A DNA stretch of 35,642 bases from an uncultured Thermodesulfobacteriota bacterium (GTDB lineage: Bacteria; Desulfobacterota; B13-G15; RBG-16-54-18), in assembly GCA_964519535.1 (NCBI GenBank), contig CAZFIR010000038.1:1-35642 (forward strand), in the 5' to 3' direction. Positions 32,521-35,642 of the stretch are shown in pieces. Each line of letters opens with the position of its first letter. Position 1 is the first letter of the stretch. The notes beneath the pieces were generated by a model. The model was not told where the DNA came from, searched no databases, and was given only the letters and a program-made list of their open reading frames with translations. The translations under genes and the position numbers were made by a program.

Positions 32521-33888
32521 TTGGACGTAAAAGAAATGCAAGATTTTCGACCCTTGCAGTCTTCTGATTTCCCCACTACGAAGTTCTTCCAACACCTTTT
32601 TCAGGGCACCACCTTTTTCCACAACAAGGAATATGAGAAGGCCATCACGGAGTGGCAGGAGGCCGCCAAGCGTCGCCCTAATTCTGAAGAGTTGCCGATG
32701 GTATCGGAATCAGCCGCCTTTCGGAGCACTCTCGATGATGTTCCATTGTTAGGACTCTTGTACACGCTTTTCTCTAACGCTCAAACGGGAGTGGCCGTTA
32801 TCCGCAGTGAACATGCCCAAAAGGAAGTTTTTTTCAAGGAGGGGTGGATCGTTTCCGCCCGTACCACGAGGTCCGAAGAGCGGCTCGGCAACTTCTTGCT
32901 TCGGAGGGATCTTATTGCCTCATCCAATCTGGAGGAGATGGTGAACCGGGCCAAAGCGGATGGGGTGAAGCTCGGCACTTTTTTGGTAATGACGGGATTG
33001 CTCACAGGAAAGGAACTGCTTGAATTGCTGGATTTTCAGGCCAAGGAGATCCTCTCCGACCTCTTTACATGGAAGGATGGTGAGTTTTATTTCGATAGGC
33101 AGATGGTGGAAGACGAGGATGTCGTAGTGAGTTACACACCCCTGGATATTGCCCTGTTTGCCGCCCGGAGAGGCCTCGATTTTGCCACCTTTAGGAGGAT
33201 GATTCCCAATAATAAGATCATCTTCCGCATTCCCCCATACATCGAGAGGGATAAAGCGGGGGTTATGGAGGAGTTAGACGCCAATGAACGTTTCATCTTT
33301 TCGTTGATCGATGGCAACAGGAATGTCGCCCAATTGATCAAGTTCAGCGGAGATGACGAGATTTCTGTCATCAATATACTCTATCGTTTGGTGTTAATGG
33401 GGCTGATAAAAAAATCGAGGGATATCGGTACCTATGAGGATAAAGAGTATGGCGAGATTACCAGATTTTTGAGGACCTTTGTGGAGGTCTTTAGATTGGT
33501 GGTGGAAGATATGAGGAAGGAGTTGGGGAAAAGAGCCACAGGGGTAGTGGACAAGGCCATGGAACGGATGGTAGTGGACTACGGCAAGCTATTTAGTGGT
33601 GTAGCGGTGTATGATGACCTGCTCCTAGACGAAAATAAAATACTCAAGAATATATCCCTCTACTATCCTGACCCCTCCGATCGGTTGATCTTCATCGAGG
33701 GGTTCTATGCTCTGCTCAGCAATCTATTGGTAGAAATGGTTAATCTTCTGGGGATGCCTTTGACGAAGCGGGTGGTCGCAGAGATCGGCAGGATCAGATG
33801 GGATATCTACCGGTTTTACACTGATTCCCCCATGAAAAGAAAGGTTTTGGAGGCCTTTGATAAGATCGTTGCGCAGTTTCCACAGTGA
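32521..33888 (+). CDS. DUF4388 (PATAN-like) domain protein
   Basis: The segment LGLLYTLFSNAQTGVAVIRSEHAQKEVFFKEGWIVSA...LGNFLL...LGTFLV resembles DUF4388. The TTG start follows AGGAGAG; an alternative start is ATG 32536. Confidence 0.65.
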   Translation: MDVKEMQDFRPLQSSDFPTTKFFQHLFQGTTFFHNKEYEKAITEWQEAAKRRPNSEELPMVSESAAFRSTLDDVPLLGLLYTLFSNAQTGVAVIRSEHAQKEVFFKEGWIVSARTTRSEERLGNFLLRRDLIASSNLEEMVNRAKADGVKLGTFLVMTGLLTGKELLELLDFQAKEILSDLFTWKDGEFYFDRQMVEDEDVVVSYTPLDIALFAARRGLDFATFRRMIPNNKIIFRIPPYIERDKAGVMEELDANERFIFSLIDGNRNVAQLIKFSGDDEISVINILYRLVLMGLIKKSRDIGTYEDKEYGEITRFLRTFVEVFRLVVEDMRKELGKRATGVVDKAMERMVVDYGKLFSGVAVYDDLLLDENKILKNISLYYPDPSDRLIFIEGFYALLSNLLVEMVNLLGMPLTKRVVAEIGRIRWDIYRFYTDSPMKRKVLEAFDKIVAQFPQ

Positions 33889-33918
33889 TCACATAAAGAA
33901 TGGAAAGGGGTTTGGCCT

Positions 33919-34212
33919 ATGAAGATTCCTATGGCAATGACGGAGTTATTCCTTACGCTTTGTTTGATGTTGGCCATCTATTTAATAATTATCCTCGTCT
34001 TCTTGTTTGCGCGGAGGAAATATAAGGGTGGATTAATAGAGACGGTAATTAATCTGATTATTTGCACCGTTGGTTTTCTTTTTGTGGCCGACCTTTCGCT
34101 CTTTTTAAGCTATCAATATGGTCTTAAGCTGGCCTTCACCATCCACGTTATTTTTAAGATCATCGCCATGGTCTTTCTCTCTGTAGGGGGAATGAAGTTC
34201 TTTGTAAAATGA
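33919..34212 (+). CDS. Small hypothetical membrane protein (3 predicted TM helices)
   Basis: The 97-aa ORF is hydrophobic. I recognise no family. Confidence 0.45.
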   Translation: MKIPMAMTELFLTLCLMLAIYLIIILVFLFARRKYKGGLIETVINLIICTVGFLFVADLSLFLSYQYGLKLAFTIHVIFKIIAMVFLSVGGMKFFVK

Positions 34213-34254
34213 GGGCTTGATCCCCTGTTGTAAAATCATATTGATTTTTGGCAT

Positions 34255-34294
34255 CCTCTCCCGTAACATACTACCGTAAAACTTACGGGAGAGG
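34255..34294 (+). promoter_or_regulatory. 12-bp hairpin sequestering the yqaA Shine-Dalgarno, with a competing 6-bp alternative helix
   Basis: CCTCTCCCGTAA (34255-34266) is the perfect complement of TTACGGGAGAGG (34283-34294), which contains the SD 3 nt before ATG 34298. An internal CCGTAA (34274-34279) can pair with TTACGG (34283-34288) instead. Confidence 0.45.
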
Positions 34295-34297
34295 GTT

Positions 34298-34894
34298 ATG
34301 GTGTCATCAGAGGGATGGATTGCATGGGTTGTATCGTGGGCCTATACCCCGTATGGGGGAGTGGCCCTTTTTCTTAACGCCGTTGCCGAATCGTCCTTCT
34401 TTCCCCTTCCTCCCGATGTAGTGCTCATTGCCCTCTCTATGCTTCGTCCCCCCCTTGCTTTCGTTTATGCAGCAGTCTGCAGTGCGGGGTCGGTGTTGGG
34501 TGGGGTTGTGGGGTTTTTTTTGGGGCTCAAAGGGGGCAGGCCCCTGCTGAGACGCCTCATGTCGGAGGAACGAATCGGGTTTGTGGAGCGATATTACCAG
34601 AAGTATGACATCTGGGCCGTGGGTATCGCCGGTTTTACCCCCATACCCTATAAGGCCTTCACCATCTCAGCCGGGGTCTTTGACCTCGATCTTAAACGGT
34701 TCGTCCTCATTTCGGTGGTGAGCAGAAGCGCTCGTTTCTTTTTGGTTGGACTCGTGATATTCCTTTTTGGGGAGACCGCGAAGACCTATCTGACCAAATA
34801 TATCGATACCTTCAGCATCGCCTTTGTGGCCTTATTGATTCTGGGCTTTTTGGCAGTTCGTTACGTTGTCAAAAGGATGGCGGTGAAGGAGTAA
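34298..34894 (+). CDS. YqaA/DedA (SNARE-associated) family membrane protein
   Basis: The sequence contains VAESSFFPLPPDVVLIAL and FTPIPYKAFTISAG. Confidence 0.8.
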   Translation: MVSSEGWIAWVVSWAYTPYGGVALFLNAVAESSFFPLPPDVVLIALSMLRPPLAFVYAAVCSAGSVLGGVVGFFLGLKGGRPLLRRLMSEERIGFVERYYQKYDIWAVGIAGFTPIPYKAFTISAGVFDLDLKRFVLISVVSRSARFFLVGLVIFLFGETAKTYLTKYIDTFSIAFVALLILGFLAVRYVVKRMAVKE

Positions 34895-34912
34895 GTCTCA
34901 GACCTGGAGGGT

Positions 34913-35642
34913 ATGATGAATCCCGCCATATTCCGTGAGTATGACATCAGGGGGGTTGTGGATCAGGATCTCACTGAAGACACGGTCCGCAAGCTGGGCA
35001 AAGGCTGCGGCAGCTATTTCGCCCAGCACGGGATCAAGCTGATTGCCGTGGGGAGAGATTGCCGTCCGAGCTCAGAAACATTCTTTCATGCCCTCTTAGA
35101 AGGACTGCTCGCCAGCGGCATGGCAGTCACCGATGTCGGGGTCTGCCCCACGCCGTTGCTCTACTTTTCCATCGTGCACTTGGGACAAGAGGGAGGGGTG
35201 ATGATTACGGGAAGTCACAATCCTCCCGAGTTCAACGGGTTCAAGGTCTGCGTGGGGAAGGATGCGATCTACGGGCGAGAGCTGCAGCAGGTACGGGAGC
35301 TCGTTGACAAACAGGAGTACGTCCGGGGGAAGGGGAGCCTCGCTCAGCATAATATTATCGAAGACTACCACCCGTATATCCTCTCAAACATCGAGGTGGA
35401 CAGGGAGATCAAGGTCGCGGTCGACGCCGGCAATGGGACAGGAGGGGTAGTAGCTGTGCCCATTATGCGCGACCTGGGATGCCAGGTGGAGGCGCTCTAT
35501 TGTGAGATGGACGGCCGGTTCCCTCATCATCACCCTGACCCCACCGTGGAGAAGAATCTCACCGACCTCATTGCTACGGTAAAAGATACCGGGGCCGATC
35601 TGGGGATAGGCTATGACGGGGATGCCGATCGTATCGGGGTCA
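34913..35642 (+). CDS. Phosphomannomutase/phosphoglucomutase, 5' part; it runs off the window end
   Basis: It is absent from the ORF track because the window contains no stop. By my own translation the sequence reads MMNPAIFREYDIRG..., with the active-site loop TGSHNPPEFNGFK and the Mg loop GYDGDADRIG. The RBS GGAGGG lies upstream. Confidence 0.9.
   Translation, partial: MMNPAIFREYDIRGVVDQDLTEDTVRKLGKGCGSYFAQHGIKLIAVGRDCRPSSETFFHALLEGLLASGMAVTDVGVCPTPLLYFSIVHLGQEGGVMITGSHNPPEFNGFKVCVGKDAIYGRELQQVRELVDKQEYVRGKGSLAQHNIIEDYHPYILSNIEVDREIKVAVDAGNGTGGVVAVPIMRDLGCQVEALYCEMDGRFPHHHPDPTVEKNLTDLIATVKDTGADLGIGYDGDADRIGV

Overview
This is a 35.6-kb chromosomal segment, roughly 50-58% G+C by eye. The gene content (FdhAB, Feo, radical SAM, NifX-like) suggests an anaerobe, possibly Desulfobacterota-like, but that guess is weak. 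All calls come from reading motifs by eye; no database search or folding program was run.

Gene content, left to right:
- The 3' end of a formate dehydrogenase locus (fdhA'-fdhB, a terminator, then fdhE-fdhD).
- A secreted, degenerate metallophosphoesterase-like gene interrupted by an in-frame TGA.
- A SPOR + NlpC/P60 lipoprotein.
- A compact minus-strand iron operon: fur, nifX-like, a Fur::FeoA fusion, feoA, feoB and a methyltransferase.
- A class I/II aminotransferase.
- A divergent isoprenoid pair: a polyprenyl synthase, and IspH fused to a UbiA-like membrane domain.
- A Na+/solute symporter with its small accessory protein, then pyk, two small membrane proteins and purB.
- A tightly coupled six-gene operon: GalT-like, SagB-type nitroreductase, THEP1-like NTPase, SplB-like radical SAM, PP-loop ATPase and an esterase.
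- A ~2.3-kb low-GC two-gene island (a DUF2971-like protein plus a protein with a C-terminal RNxxxH HEPN-like motif), followed by repeat-rich non-coding DNA and vapBC.
- udg, an M24 peptidase, DUF4388, a small membrane protein, yqaA and the 5' part of a phosphomannomutase.

The strongest unannotated signal is a 31-codon ORF (11200-11295) that is too short for the ORF track. It has 12 consecutive tyrosine codons and is followed by mutually exclusive antiterminator and terminator hairpins just upstream of the aminotransferase. This looks like a ribosome-mediated tyrosine attenuator. The second candidate is the low-GC DUF2971/HEPN-like pair, a possible defence or abortive-infection module.
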